From: Eledone cirrhosa
Lineage: Eukaryota
DNA: 64,000 nucleotides
Direction: 5' to 3'
Assembly: GCA_964016885.1 (NCBI GenBank)
Contig: OZ024741.1
Coordinates: forward strand, 337,466,001-337,530,000
Under the pieces are notes generated by a model. The model was not told the DNA's origin. It did not search any database and saw only the letters and a list, made by a program, of their open reading frames with translations. A program made the position numbers and the translations under genes. Of this stretch, positions 15,354-28,070 are shown one piece after another. How positions within the stretch are numbered: position 1 is the stretch's first letter; the number at the start of each line of letters is the position of its first letter.

Positions 15354-17729
15354 ATGTATCTCCATATATGTCTTCTTCTTCTGCTCTTACTTCTCCTGGA
15401 TTATTCCTTGTCTCTTGACTTTACATATCATGTGAAGGAAGGTCAGAGTCCTGGTCACTTTATTGGTGATATTGCATCTGATACTGAAGTACTGCACAGC
15501 ATTCCACCAATGGATCACAATTTCATCCGTTTCAGTTTACTACAGGAGAATACAGCCACTGATTCTCAGTTATTTAATGTCTCCAAGACTGGAAGATTAT
15601 ACACGTCTCAAATATTGGATGCAGAGTCTCTTTGTAAATATAATAAAGAATGTTCGAAAATCATCGAGATTGCTGTGCAAAATAAGAAATCATTTGTGAA
15701 AATATTAGAAATAAAAGTTTTAATAGATGACATAAATGACCGTCAGCCGGAATTTGCTAAAGATAAGATAAATCTTGAATTTTCTGAAGGTGATGCTATA
15801 GGAATGGCAAAATCAATACCAAATGCCATTGACAGAGATGCCAGCATTCTAAATTCCAAGATTGTATATTATTTAAAGAAGGATCTTGATGATCCATTCA
15901 ATTTATCTGTCTTAAAAACTGTTGATGGAGCTTCAAAACTTGAAATTATTTTAATAAAAAGACTCAACCGTGAAATTAGGGATACATATAGCCTGAAAGT
16001 TGTGGCAAAAGATAAAGGATCACCCTCTCAAAGTGGTGTTTTACATGTTCAGATATCTGTGACAGATGAGAATGATAATTCACCAGTCTTCACTAAAACT
16101 GTATATAATATATCTTTAAGAAACACACAGGAAAGAAGCCTTCCAATTGTTAGGCTTTCAGCAACTGATCGTGACAAAGGCAAAAATGGTAAAGTCACCT
16201 ATTCATTTAGCTCTAAAATGACAGAACTTACTAAACAATATTTCAGATTAAATGCTGAAACAGGAGAGATATTACTAAGCCAACATTTCCAAAGTGAAGT
16301 GAAACAAAAATACCAGTTATTTATTGATGCTAAAGATGGTGGAAACCCTCCAATGAGAGCTACAGCTATAGTTTTTATAAATATGATCAACCAACAAAAT
16401 AATCCACCAAAGCTAAATGTAAAATTTTTCTCTAAAACAGCTGGAAACAAAGCTACAATTTCCGAAGATATTGAAGTTGGCAGCTTTATAGCTTATGTGA
16501 AAATCACAGACAATGACATTGGAGAGAATGGTGAGGTGGAGTGTAAACTTAAGCATAATAAATTCATGCTTCAGAAAATGGGGAGAAAAAAATACAAAGT
16601 TGTTGTTCAAAAAACAGTAAACAGAGAAATCGAAGATTATACAGACTTTATAATAATTTGTGAAGACAAAGGTTCACCACCGCTCCAAACAGAAAAAACA
16701 TTCTTAATCAAAATAATGGATGTCAATGATGTCCAGCCAAGTTTTACAAAAAATACTTTTAAATTTCTGACCTATGAAAATGAAGAATCTAATTTTCCAG
16801 TAGGTCTCATAAATGCAACAGATCCGGATTTAGGGCCAGGGGGTAAATTAACATATTCCTTTTTAGATGACAACAACTTTTTCCCTTTTAAGATTTCCAA
16901 TTTTGGATTTATAGCTACAACTCAGTCACTGGACAGAGAAAAACAAGAGATATACAATATGAAAGTTATAGTTAAAGACAATGGAATGCCATCACTTAGT
17001 AGTACAGCAAATATTATAATAGAAGTTATGGACAAAAATGACAATGCTCCATATTTTACATTTCCTAGTTTTGATCCTTTCAGTATTGATGTTCACTACC
17101 ATCCACAGAGTAAGAGTGACATCACCACTCTCAGAGCCTCTGACAGAGACAGTCATGTGAATGCTTTCCTCAGATATGAAATAGCTGGAGGCAATAACAA
17201 ACAGCTTTTTACTGTTAACCCTTACACAGGAGTGTTGTCATTTTCTCGTACAGTTTACCAAAATGATGCTGGGTCATATAATGTAAAATTAGCAGTAAAA
17301 GACAGTGGCACACCAGTTTTATCAGCAACAACTACGCTGTCTTTGACTCTAACTGTTAGCAATACAACAGCCAGAATGTACACAGCTGAAGACACAGAAT
17401 CTGACAACAGAATACACATTAACTTGATGATTATTATAGTAGTGGCTGCAGTGATAGTATCTGTGGCTATTGTAGTTTCTGTAACAACGTGCATCATTAG
17501 AAGGAACCAGAATGATACGTTAATTGATGTCAATGATAAATTTATAACTGAAATGGGTGAATCGGAATATGCTTGTCAATCACAATATGATGCAACATTC
17601 ACTACAGCCCAAGACGTGAGTAATGATAGAATCTTTGAAGGTACATTATTAAAGAAAACTTCTGAAAATAATTGGAAAGGCTTAGAAACAGGTGTACAGC
17701 TGCAAGAACTTACTCCAGTTACTCAGCAG
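15354..17729 (+). CDS. Protocadherin large coding exon: signal peptide, 6 cadherin repeats, transmembrane helix, start of cytoplasmic tail
   Basis: Leu-rich signal peptide after MYLH. EC linkers DINDRQPEF, DENDNSPVF, NQQNNPPKL, DVNDVQPSF, DKNDNAPYF. LDRE/ATDxD motifs and TM segment LMIIIVVAAVIVSVAIVVSV. Acceptor tttcag ends at 15256; phase-0 donor CAG|GTAAGA at 17729/17730. The read-through stop at 17885 lies beyond a (CT)n microsatellite. Confidence 0.92.
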
Positions 17730-18149
17730 GTAAGAGCTCTCATTAATTTATGTTCAAATGATATTGAAGAATATTCTAAACCAAATTATCTCTCTCTTTC
17801 TCTCTCTCACTCTATCTCTTTCTCCCTCCACCTCACTCTCTCTCTCTCACACACACACAATATATATCAAATATATCAAAAATAGATAATAGATTCTGTA
17901 GAGAAATTCAGAGAAAAGCATAAATCAACGATATTAATGATCAAGATATATATCTATCTCAGTATATTGAGTGGACTTTTAAAATCTTACCTACATTATA
18001 AAACCCCTCAGACATCATGTTCATTGTTCCATATAGATTTTAATTGGGTAAGTTTTATTAACTCATTTTTAGTGCATTTATCATCATATTTATACATCAA
18101 ATAATCTTTTAGAACATTTATCAAAAGGTTTTTAAGCTAAGTGCAAGCA

Positions 18150-18432
18150 TAATCATGGCCTAGTGGTAAGGGTGTTAGACTTACAATCAGAATGTTATGG
18201 GTTCGATTACTAGACTGGGTTGTGTGTTTTGATTTTGAGCAAAACACTTCATTTTACTTTGTTTCAGTATACTCAGCTGAAAACAAGTACTAGCAATAAC
18301 TACATGTTTAACTTTACAATGGACTGGCATCTTGTTCAGTGGGGAGTCTTGTACTCTCTGTCACTTAATGCCATGGAAATTGGGATAAGCACCAGCCTAA
18401 TGAGCCTTCTGGCTTGAAACAGATTTTAGACG
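18150..18432 (+). mobile_element. tRNA-derived SINE (second family)
   Basis: TGGCCTAGTGG and GGTTCGATT boxes, GATGGACTGGC-like central block; homologous to 50174-50452. Confidence 0.7.
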
Positions 18433-18529
18433 TTTTATTCTTAGAAACTGTCCTACAAAATATCTGGACCATCAAAATACTAAGCAAACATAAAGTTCTA
18501 GAAAATCAAACTTTCCAGTTGTTGTCTTC

Positions 18530-20520
18530 CTGTTTCTTCTACAACAACTACAACAGTACACGATGGGGTCCACCCACAACCCCAGCGGACAGAATGGAGA
18601 AGGCGTTTCCCCGAAGGACAGAGAGGGAGACGCACTGGAAGAGCCACTCCAGCTCGCGGGCTCACACCTGCGGCTGGCCAGCTCAGCACCTATGGTGGTG
18701 AGTAAGGAGGTACCCTGGGACCGAGGACACCGGAAGTCTCCACTGCCAGGAGTACAACCGCAAACCTGTCAGAGAGCGACCTGTATTTGAGGAGTTTGGC
18801 CCCCTCAGCCTGACGTACAGCAGAACCTGGGTCAGTTGCAGACTACACCAAGTTGTGGCTGCACAAAGTGTCGGTGCAAGTGGCATCCCAGACGAGGGGT
18901 TTGCCACCATGGAACGGGAAGATGGTCATACCATCTGGCCTTTTGCTGTCCCCTCGATCCAGCCCCACCGGCTCGAGCTGGGAAGAGAAGCCTGCAGCGT
19001 TCAAGCCATGCTTAATGACCTCGTTGAGGGAAGCATGGCGTGGAATGCGGCCGGCACTGTGGCGACAGGAAAGCAGGTGGAGGCCGAAAGAGTCCACAGT
19101 GGAACCACAGTGACATTCGTGTGGCTGGCAGATCCGCAGGCCGAGCCTCAGGGAAATGCTGATGCACAGGCTATGGGTGTCTAGCTGCATGCCAGTGGAG
19201 AAGGAGGGCAGGGCATGGAGCCAGGCACCACTGTGGGGTTTGGAGGCCGCACAAAAACAAGCAAGACGGTGCTGGTCAAGCTGGCATGTGAGCCTGTCTG
19301 AGGCCAGGCTGCACTGGATGGCATCCCAAGTGCATTGGGGGGACTTGATGTCAACAGGCGGAGAAGGAGGAGGGATGTCTCCTGGGCTAAGTCCCAGCCG
19401 GTCCCACGTCTCACAGGCGGCCTCACGCTTTCTGAACACAGAGGGTTCTGCTGTGTTTTGAAGAACCCTGCTGATGAGGACGCGGCACGAGGTTACCGAC
19501 GAAAGATACGCCGGCAAAGCTAGTGAGATTGGGAACCAGAGGCCAAGGTGCCATACCGGACAAGTAAAGTGGCCTGTTGCCACCCTATGTCATCAAACTT
19601 GATGTTGCATTTCTCCTTGGCTGCTGCTCGGATACAAGTATCGAGGTCAGCGAGGAGAGATGTCTGGGTGTAGCATGGAGCATTGCAGAGTGTATAGAGG
19701 AGCTTCGGCATGGCGAAGCAGTTCCTCAGCAGAAAGAAAGCTGGGTGGCCGTCAATCAAGCCCAGTCGGCTTGTGAGAGTCTAGAGCTGTTGAAGCCTGG
19801 ACCTGATGGTGGAGCGGATGGCCGGCGGGTGGATCGGTGACCCGAGGATGAGGACATCCGTTTGGGGGTCACCTGAACCTGGCGGAGAATGGACCGCACG
19901 TCCAAGATGGAGGCTGTAAAGCTTGCAACATCGAGGCTGACATTCACCACCTCTGACTTGGCCGAGTTGACCTGGAGGCCGATTCCCGCCAGGGCAGGAA
20001 CCACCAATTGAAGATCTTGGCAGACCGTCCGTATGGGCCTGCCCAACGTAGCATCATCCAGATACCAAACGTTGAGAGAGGCCGTGATACTCCGAACGAT
20101 GTGGTCAATACCAAGGGCGAACAGGAGGGGTCCCAAAGGGTCGTCCTGTTGGATCCCAATAGCCGAGGGTATGACCGTATCAGCAGCAAGGAGCATGCTC
20201 GGGGCTCCATACGACAGGTAGGCCAGTGGGTAGGCAGAGGGGGCTCGGCTGAGGCAGGCCTCGAGCAGATGATCCCGGCGTAAAGAGTTGAAGGCATTCC
20301 TCATGTCAAGCTTGACAATGAGGTGCCTGGAGTCCCTGGATGCCGGTTCCGATGGGCAGCTGTTGAAGAATTGCCTGGTTGCATGAGCGGCCCCCTCACA
20401 GCCACCGGACACGCCGACACCCAGTTGCACCAGACTAAACTCCTCACCCAGTTTGTGTGTTACGGACTTGCAGATCACCTTGGCAGCCAGCCTCCGGACC
20501 AGCATAATCAACTGGTAAAG
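18530..20520 (-). mobile_element. 5'-truncated, frameshifted CRE-like non-LTR retrotransposon (RT plus restriction-like endonuclease)
   Basis: QLGVGVSGGCE, KLDMRNAFNS, GIQQDDPLGPLLF, WYLDD, then HSGAWL, CHC..HLLSC, RHASLN and RPDG..WDATC. GC-rich island antisense to the protocadherin. Confidence 0.85.
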
Positions 20521-21766
20521 AAGTTTACTTGGCAACAACTTAGCTTAATTCTACCAACTCAACACTTTGAGCAATAGTCTACCATAGCCGTAAGTTTTCT
20601 ACTAAATTCTGAAAGAAATTTGGTGGACAGAATCTGTATGTAAGCCTATCAGACTGATCATTTTTGTTCTTATATGGGGAGGGAATCTAACTCTTTTGAG
20701 AACCTTAGCAGAGTCCACTCTGTTGCAAGTATTCAATCCAGGTTCAAGATAAAAATTAAACTAAGAAATGACAAAGTTATCACCTGGATTAAATGACACT
20801 CATAAAGAAAACAACTTTAAGAAAACAGCATAGTTGAAAGAGTTACTGCTACATTTTGTTGCTTCTTGAAAAAAAAATTGAAAAAGACTTGAATAATTAA
20901 ACAATTGGTGAAGCTGCCACTAACATGATTAATAAAATTCACCAAGAAATTTTAATGACACTAATGATGAGGAGGAAGAAGAATCAACAACAATCTGTGC
21001 ACTAGTAAATATACTATAAACCTTTGAATTAACAAACCTACTTTTTGATATTTTCTGCTAAATCCTTACTGGATATTAAGAGATAATACTGAAAGTCTTC
21101 ACAATGGTCTTTCCACTAGTAAAGATACTATAAACATGTGAATTAACAAACCCCTTTTTAGACATTTCCTGCTAAATAATTACAAGATATTAAGAGTTAA
21201 GGTAATAATTCCCTATCCTCCTTTCTGGTGTAATTTTGATTAATTAAAATTTCTTGCCTCTCTAGTTTATATATGTTATCACCAACTTTACTATTCCATC
21301 TACATGCAGAACATGCCACTGAGTATTTTGCTCTTATTCCTTCTCTATAGTAGGATAATCATATAATAAAGTAATTTCATCCATATATAAAATTCTATCA
21401 TAAAACATTTCTCTGCCATGGAAGAATTGAGAGATTATCACTTGATGGTGTTGTTATGTGACAGTTAGTGACTCCATTGCTTATTTTTGTCACCAAGTAT
21501 ATAATAGATGAAAATTGATTAATGGAAGTTCAGGTCATAAGAAAAACATTCAGGATTCTATTTAAAGAAAGAATTAGAAGATTTATATGCTATCAATATA
21601 TATTGTATCTTTACCTAGCAAAGTGGAAGGCACATCTGTTTTATATGTATGTGTGTATGTATATATATATGAATATATATATATATAAACATATATATAT
21701 ATTCAAATGTATATATATATATATATATATACAAATGTGTATATATATATATATATATATATACAA

Positions 21767-21798
<32 letters not shown>

Positions 21799-21829
21799 GA
21801 ATATGTTTGAATATATATATATACATATA

Positions 21830-21908
<79 letters not shown>

Positions 21909-22725
21909 AGAGGGAGGGGAGAGAGAGGGAGAGGGAGAGAGAGAGAAATGGATGATCAATCACAAATGAAATGTGTTCATTTGATCAAGCATAAAGACAG
22001 AAAACTTTTAGCTATAAGAAAATAAGCACAACCCTCAACTTCTACCTTTAACTCCGTTCATTTATCAAGTGTCATTTGTAAGTTAAGTAGTAAAGCACAT
22101 ATCAACCTAATTCTTGATTTTAGCCATGCATGTCTTCATACTGGACAGAGACACATACACACACATATATGTTTATGTATTCGTTTATGTATTTTTTGGC
22201 AAAATTGCCAGCATGATCATCCCCAAATATAACACATATAACATATGTATATATAATATTAATAATAATAAAAGTAAGTAAAATCGAAGTTGAAACTGCG
22301 ATTAGTATTTTTCGAAATCAATCTTCTAGGGCTGGCACAAAGCACTCAATGAGGTGGTATCGATAAATCGATAAGTTATAGCTCAGAGTAATAACAATAC
22401 ATTAGGGTGTGAGACAGTGAAAATTGTGATTGGAGACACATTGCCAACAAAGCCACTACAACAACAAAAATACAAACAGTTTAAAGATGAATATATATTT
22501 ATATATATATATATATAAATCAGTATAGAAGCAGTTTAAAACTAAACCATTTCTCAACAGAGTACTCAATACTTTGGGTAGTAGAGTATGACTATATTAT
22601 AAAGAGTCAGGAGTTGATGGCTGATCTCTTGCCAATTCACTAGCTGTTGAAACGGCAAGAGCTCAGCCATTGGATCCCGACTCTTTATAATATATACATA
22701 CATATATAAACATGTATATATATAT

Positions 22726-22985
22726 CATCATCATCATCATCATCAACGTTTAACGTCCGTGTTCCACGCTTGCATGGGTTTGGACGGGGGTAGTCCCACT
22801 TGAGGCAAGAGTGATTGTCTTGCTCGCATAGGACTGTCTGGCAGGTTTTCTACAGTTGGATGCCCTTCCTAACACCAACCACATTTACAGTGTGGGACTG
22901 GGAGGTTTTTACCGTGTTGCCTACACGGCCACATTACAGCGTGGACTGTGTGTTTTTTTGTCGTGACACCTACACGATCTCATTT
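22726..22985 (-). mobile_element. RTE 3'-end fragment
   Basis: (ATC)n tail plus sequence homologous to 29640-29890. Confidence 0.75.
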
Positions 22986-23279
22986 GTTTCGGCCTCGATG
23001 GCGCGGCACCAACATAACTTTACATAGAACGGGGTGGTGTGGATGGGGTGGGGGTGGTGGTGGTGGGACCTGTACATAAACATATATATATGTTTATGTA
23101 CAGTAATACAGAAGACCCGCCTTGCCTATGTACAAAGCGAAACCTACAGTCACTAGGCACCTCTTAACCAAATATACACCCCAATCCACTACCCCTACCA
23201 TATCCTCCCACTCCCACCAACACCACCCTCTCTCTGTAAAGTTGGTACCACAACATCCAGTCCAAATAAATGAGATAAT

Positions 23280-23549
23280 GAGATCGAGATCGTGTAGGTG
23301 TCACGACAAAAAAACACACAGTCCACGCTGTAATGTAGGCGTGTGGGTAACACGGTAAAAAGTTCCCAGTTCCACACTGTAAATGTGGTTGGTGTTAGGA
23401 AGGGCATCCAGCCGTAGAAAACCTGCCAGTCAGTCCTATATGAGCGAGACACGGTCATCCGACCAACCTTGCCTCAAGTGGGACAACTCCCGTCTAAACC
23501 CATGCTAGCGTGGAAGATGGACGTTAAACGAAGATGATGATGATGATAA

Positions 23550-23553
<4 letters not shown>
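23280..23553 (+). mobile_element. RTE 3'-end fragment, inverted partner of 22726-22985
   Basis: Reverse-complement homolog ending in (GAT)n; the ORF track gives near-identical peptides on opposite strands. Confidence 0.75.
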
Positions 23554-23590
<37 letters not shown>

Positions 23591-23593
<3 letters not shown>

Positions 23594-24318
23594 TTGGCAT
23601 GGCAATAAAGTCCTTTGAATAACCCTTTAAATGAAAATCCACACCATACTGAAACTAAAATTTATTTATTCTGCAAAACATAATCTCCATTGAATGCAAT
23701 ACCATCTTTACAGTGCTTATGCAAAGCATTTAACTCTTTCTGGAACTGTTCTTTTGGTAATTGTCGAAATCAGTGCAACGATTCATCCACCATCTCTTCT
23801 AATGAAATGAAAACAAATTTTCTTTGTTTATTCCATTAACATGTGCAATGCAACACAATGATTGTTTTGGTTCTGCATCAATGATACTTTGAATGCGTTG
23901 AACGTTGCCATGAATAGTGGTTGTGCAAGGATGGCTAGAATGAGGAGCATCAATAAGTGATGATCTACTACCATCTTTGAATTATTTCACTCAATGATAA
24001 ATGGTTGAATTTGCTGGATCATTGTTAAATTCACTCTTCTTAAAATGTGCAATACTATTTGTTGCTGATTTGCCCTGTTACCATTCAATGAAAGCATATG
24101 CTCTAAAATTTTCATGACTTAAATCCATTAAATATGTGTATTATAAACTCACCAGAATGACAACAAAATAATTATGCATAGGCATGTGACAAAATACAGC
24201 ATTCATACAGAATATCACATGTGTACAATAAAGTTCAAATTCCAACTAATATTAACTACATTTACTGTTATATATGTTTCATAGCCTACTATTCTAAAGA
24301 CTATATTGCCATGCAAAG
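23591..24318 (-). mobile_element. Internally deleted mariner-like DNA transposon
   Basis: Imperfect ~28-bp TIRs (ggcatggcaataaagtcctttgaata / tattctaaagactatattgccatgc) with TA flanks. The minus strand gives MDLSHENFRAYAFIEW, STIYH.VK.FKDGS..SLIDAPHSSHP (HTH region) and a C-terminal KHCKDGIAFNGDY. Confidence 0.75.
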
Positions 24319-24681
24319 TATATATATACAGTGATGAACTGGCCAGGCTGAATGGCAAGTGCTCAATGGCAAGTGGCCCCAAGGGGGCCATGGTAGCATT
24401 GCAAATGCCCACAGTAGCATTGCAGGGCCTACTGTAGTATTTTAGGGGCCAATGCGCTGCTTTAAAAAAAAACCTGAAATCTAAGAGAAAGAATAACATT
24501 TTTTAAAAAATGAATAAAACAATTAAGCAAAGCATTTGATCAACCAATTCCCCAGGGAATTACTAGAAACCAAAATATACAATAGTGCAAATAGTTGGAA
24601 TCAGTGGTTGTACATTCTACTAAATCTAAAGCTTAGTGTATTCATTCATGCATGCAAACATAGATATATAAACACACACAA

Positions 24682-24731
<50 letters not shown>

Positions 24732-24965
24732 AAGGCGGGTAAAATACCCGAGATCCATGGACAAGTTCTCTCCAGCGGTCTCTGTCCCTCATTATCGCTG
24801 CCATGTCTCCATCAGACCAGTGTCTGTCCTTAGGGCATCAACATACGTTAACCTTGGTCTTCCTCTTCTAGTGTGTCCATGTAGGGGCTCCCAAAGGAGC
24901 ACTGAGTGCAATGTCAACTCTGGATGTCGGTGAGCATGTCCAGCGAACCTCTGTCTCCTCTGTGT
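24732..24965 (-). mobile_element. RTE-superfamily 3' fragment
   Basis: The minus strand reads RRQRFAGHAHRH...LLWEPLHGHTRRGRPRLTYVD. Confidence 0.7.
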
Positions 24966-24978
24966 CACTTTTGAGCTG

Positions 24979-25017
<39 letters not shown>

Positions 25018-25099
25018 CGTACACACGAAATACTGACCAAATAATATTTGGTATCAATGGATTAAAGACATCTGTCAAATCGATTAGTGGTGAAGGTGG

Positions 25100-25189
<90 letters not shown>

Positions 25190-25258
25190 CACACACACGT
25201 ATATATATATATATATATATATATTGAGTGAGTGTGAAAGGTCAAAGGTCATTATTTA

Positions 25259-26314
25259 AAGTCACTGTATTTCGCAAAATACATAATATTTTTATTGGAG
25301 AAGGTAAAATATTTTCCCGCAAAAATTTGATTGCACTGTTTTGTTTCCACTTATGTATTTTTTGAAAATGTTATTTATTCATTATAAAAATTAAATGATA
25401 GCATTCTATATGTAGGTGGGCCCCCTTCATCTGGCAACCAACATTTTTAAAGTTAGTCTGCCACTAAATATATATATATATAATGCCAATCATTGTAAGT
25501 TGCAAAAACATATATATATAAATAAAGTAAGCCCAAATGATAGTAGATTCAAATATCACAGAGAGAAAGAGAGGTGGGGAGAAATGAGACGCAACAGAAA
25601 TGAAACATGGATTACAGGTTAAAATATAGTCTAGATAGATGTGAAACAAAACGAAGACGTTGTTTATGGAACACCCAAATGATTTAGAAGTCGACCTTAA
25701 GTAGGAACAATAACATTAAGAAAGACATGAACGACACCACAACACTTTGTTTTGAAAATTTTGAAGGTAGGTTTATAAGTATGAATTTTCAAAAGATTTT
25801 TGTAGTTGTCTCTGTAGCCTAGCAGTAGGTACTAGAGACGGTGGAGATCCTGGCTTTGGGTTCAATTCTGGTCAAGAAGTCATGTAACCTTTTTCAGTTT
25901 TACAACCCATAGAAAAAAACTGGAAAGGTTTACTGGAAACCTTACTCCCAACCAGGATCGAACTTCAGACCCGGATCACCAGTTTCTATGATTCCTCCAA
26001 CTAGGCCACTGAGACAGCTACAAAAGTAAAATGAAAATTGATAATTATAAACCTACTTTCCTAGAGCTATTAGTAATATTTAGGGTCGATTTCTAGTCGT
26101 TATTGAAAGTCCCTGGATTTTGCAAAATACATATTTTTTATTGGAGAAGGTAAGATATTTTTCCGCAAAAATTTGATTGTACTGTTTTGTTTCCACTTAT
26201 GTATTTTTCGAAAATGTTATTTATTCATTATAAAAATTACATGATAGCATTCTATATGTAGGTGGCCCTCCTTCATCTCCTGACAACCAATATTTTTAGA
26301 CCCAGTCCACCACT
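25259..26314. repeat. Composite element: ~200-bp direct repeats enclosing an imperfect palindrome with two opposed tRNA-like segments
   Basis: Direct repeats at ~25259-25464 and ~26107-26314; inverted arms at ~25764-25901 and ~25914-26058; B-box-like GGTTCAATTC (+) and AGTTCGATCC (-). Confidence 0.75.
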
Positions 26315-26423
26315 GTATATATATATAGTAGTAGAACACTGAAGGGTTATATCCATAGTAGTAGAGCACTCAGTCCATGGGACGAGTTTGGTAGAAGTGG
26401 TTACACAACAGTTAGTTCACAAT

Positions 26424-26466
26424 ACTGAGAACAAATGTTTCACCTTATGCGGATCCTCAGCTCAGT
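26424..26466 (-). ncRNA. Putative minimal type I hammerhead (left arm of palindrome)
   Basis: Minus strand: actgag CTGAGGA tccgcataaggt GAAA catttg TT ctcagt. Confidence 0.5.
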
Positions 26467-26467
26467 G

Positions 26468-26510
26468 ACCGAGCTGAGGATCCGCATAAGATGAAACATT
26501 TGTTCTCGGT
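26468..26510 (+). ncRNA. Putative minimal type I hammerhead (right arm of palindrome)
   Basis: accgag CTGAGGA tccgcataagat GAAA catttg TT ctcggt; 6-bp stem I, weak stem II. Confidence 0.5.
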
Positions 26511-26536
26511 ATTGTGAACTAACTGTTGTGGAACTA

Positions 26537-26576
<40 letters not shown>

Positions 26577-26779
26577 TATATATAATATATATATATATAT
26601 GTATATATATATGTATATATATGTGTGTATATATCTATGTATATATATATATTCATATATATAATACAGTCTATCAATATTGCCATTTTTATTAAACATA
26701 TTTTATATTGTTAGCAACTCTCTTGTTTTCTTATCAATACTCTGTAGTTTTTGATATCTTCATTGTAAAATCAATTATA

Positions 26780-27075
26780 TTGAATAGTTCCTAGCATAAA
26801 GTATATTGAATATATTCTTGGATCAACTGTACTAAATATAAGTTAGGATCAAGTATATCTAATATATGATAGGATCTATTATATTTAATATATGCTAGGA
26901 TCAAGAATATCTAATATATGCTAGGATCAAGTATATTTGATATATGCTAGGATCAAGAATATTCAATATATGCTAAGATAAAGTATATTTAATATATGCT
27001 AGGATTAAGTATATTAATAAGATGCTAGAATCAAGTGTTTTCAATATATGCTATATTTAATGTATGCTAGGATCA
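26780..27075. repeat. ~28-bp minisatellite
   Basis: Repeated atatgctaggatcaagtatat-like unit, about 10 copies. Confidence 0.85.
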
Positions 27076-27329
27076 TTCATTTTATTAATTTCTTCTTAGC
27101 CCCATGGTTAAAATAAGTCAAATCTATTTTAAATCTAGTAACAGAAACTACTTGCTAAATATGCATATAATTAGAAATCATATATAATTCTAGGATTAAT
27201 TGACTTGAAAATAATCAAGAGTCAATTATATGGAATATATCCTTTAGGCTAATTAAAAGGAATATATAGATTAGGGTAATATATATTGCTGTTGAAATGG
27301 TAAGAGCTCAGCCATCATGTCCCAACTCT

Positions 27330-27366
<37 letters not shown>

Positions 27367-27429
27367 TCTGAGGAAGATGGTTAGACGGATCTATATTATC
27401 AAGACTAATGATATGGATTTACATAACTA

Positions 27430-27653
27430 CAGTTTACTCAGCTGTAGAAATGAGATGATAGGGACTGGGGTCCCTATCATTCCACTGCAAAGTGGTCGTG
27501 GAGGTGCCACGGAAAAAAAGCACCCAGCACTCACTGTAAATGAGGTTGGTGTTAGGAAGGGCATCCAGCTGTAGAAATCAAGCCAGCATCAGTTCCCGTC
27601 CCACCCTTGCAAGCAGGGAAAAGCGGACGTAAAATGAAATGATGATGATGATG
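27430..27653 (+). mobile_element. 5'-truncated SINE (family of 10286-10623)
   Basis: Near-identical body and (GAT)n tail. Confidence 0.8.
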
Positions 27654-28070
27654 ACTATCACTTAGTCGTTATATCGAGTTATTCTGTTAGTATACTCTAA
27701 TTTCAACTAAAATAACAAACTTGGATTAATATATGTCATCAAGTGCTTTATTCTATCAACCCTGATTGGTTAACTGATTGGTGAGATATATATATATAAT
27801 AAAAGAATGAAGAATAACATGGTCGGCTGAACAAAAAAAGGTTTATTTACAGTATTAACAATTGTTTCATTAATCAGGTGAGTCTAAAAGCCCCTGATCA
27901 CTAGAAATTACATCACTCGACCTTAATTACAGTGTTTGTCTGATCAAATCATTGGAATACTGATGTGTGTATAACACAGGGAGGCACTGGTATTTATAGA
28001 TACATCGGAGAATAAGATAAATGAAAACAATAATAACAACAACAATAAATATTTATACATATATATATAT

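Noticed and set aside
27840-27930. Minus-strand GAAACAATTGTT resembling a hammerhead 3' half
   Set aside because: No recognisable CUGANGA core at a suitable position.
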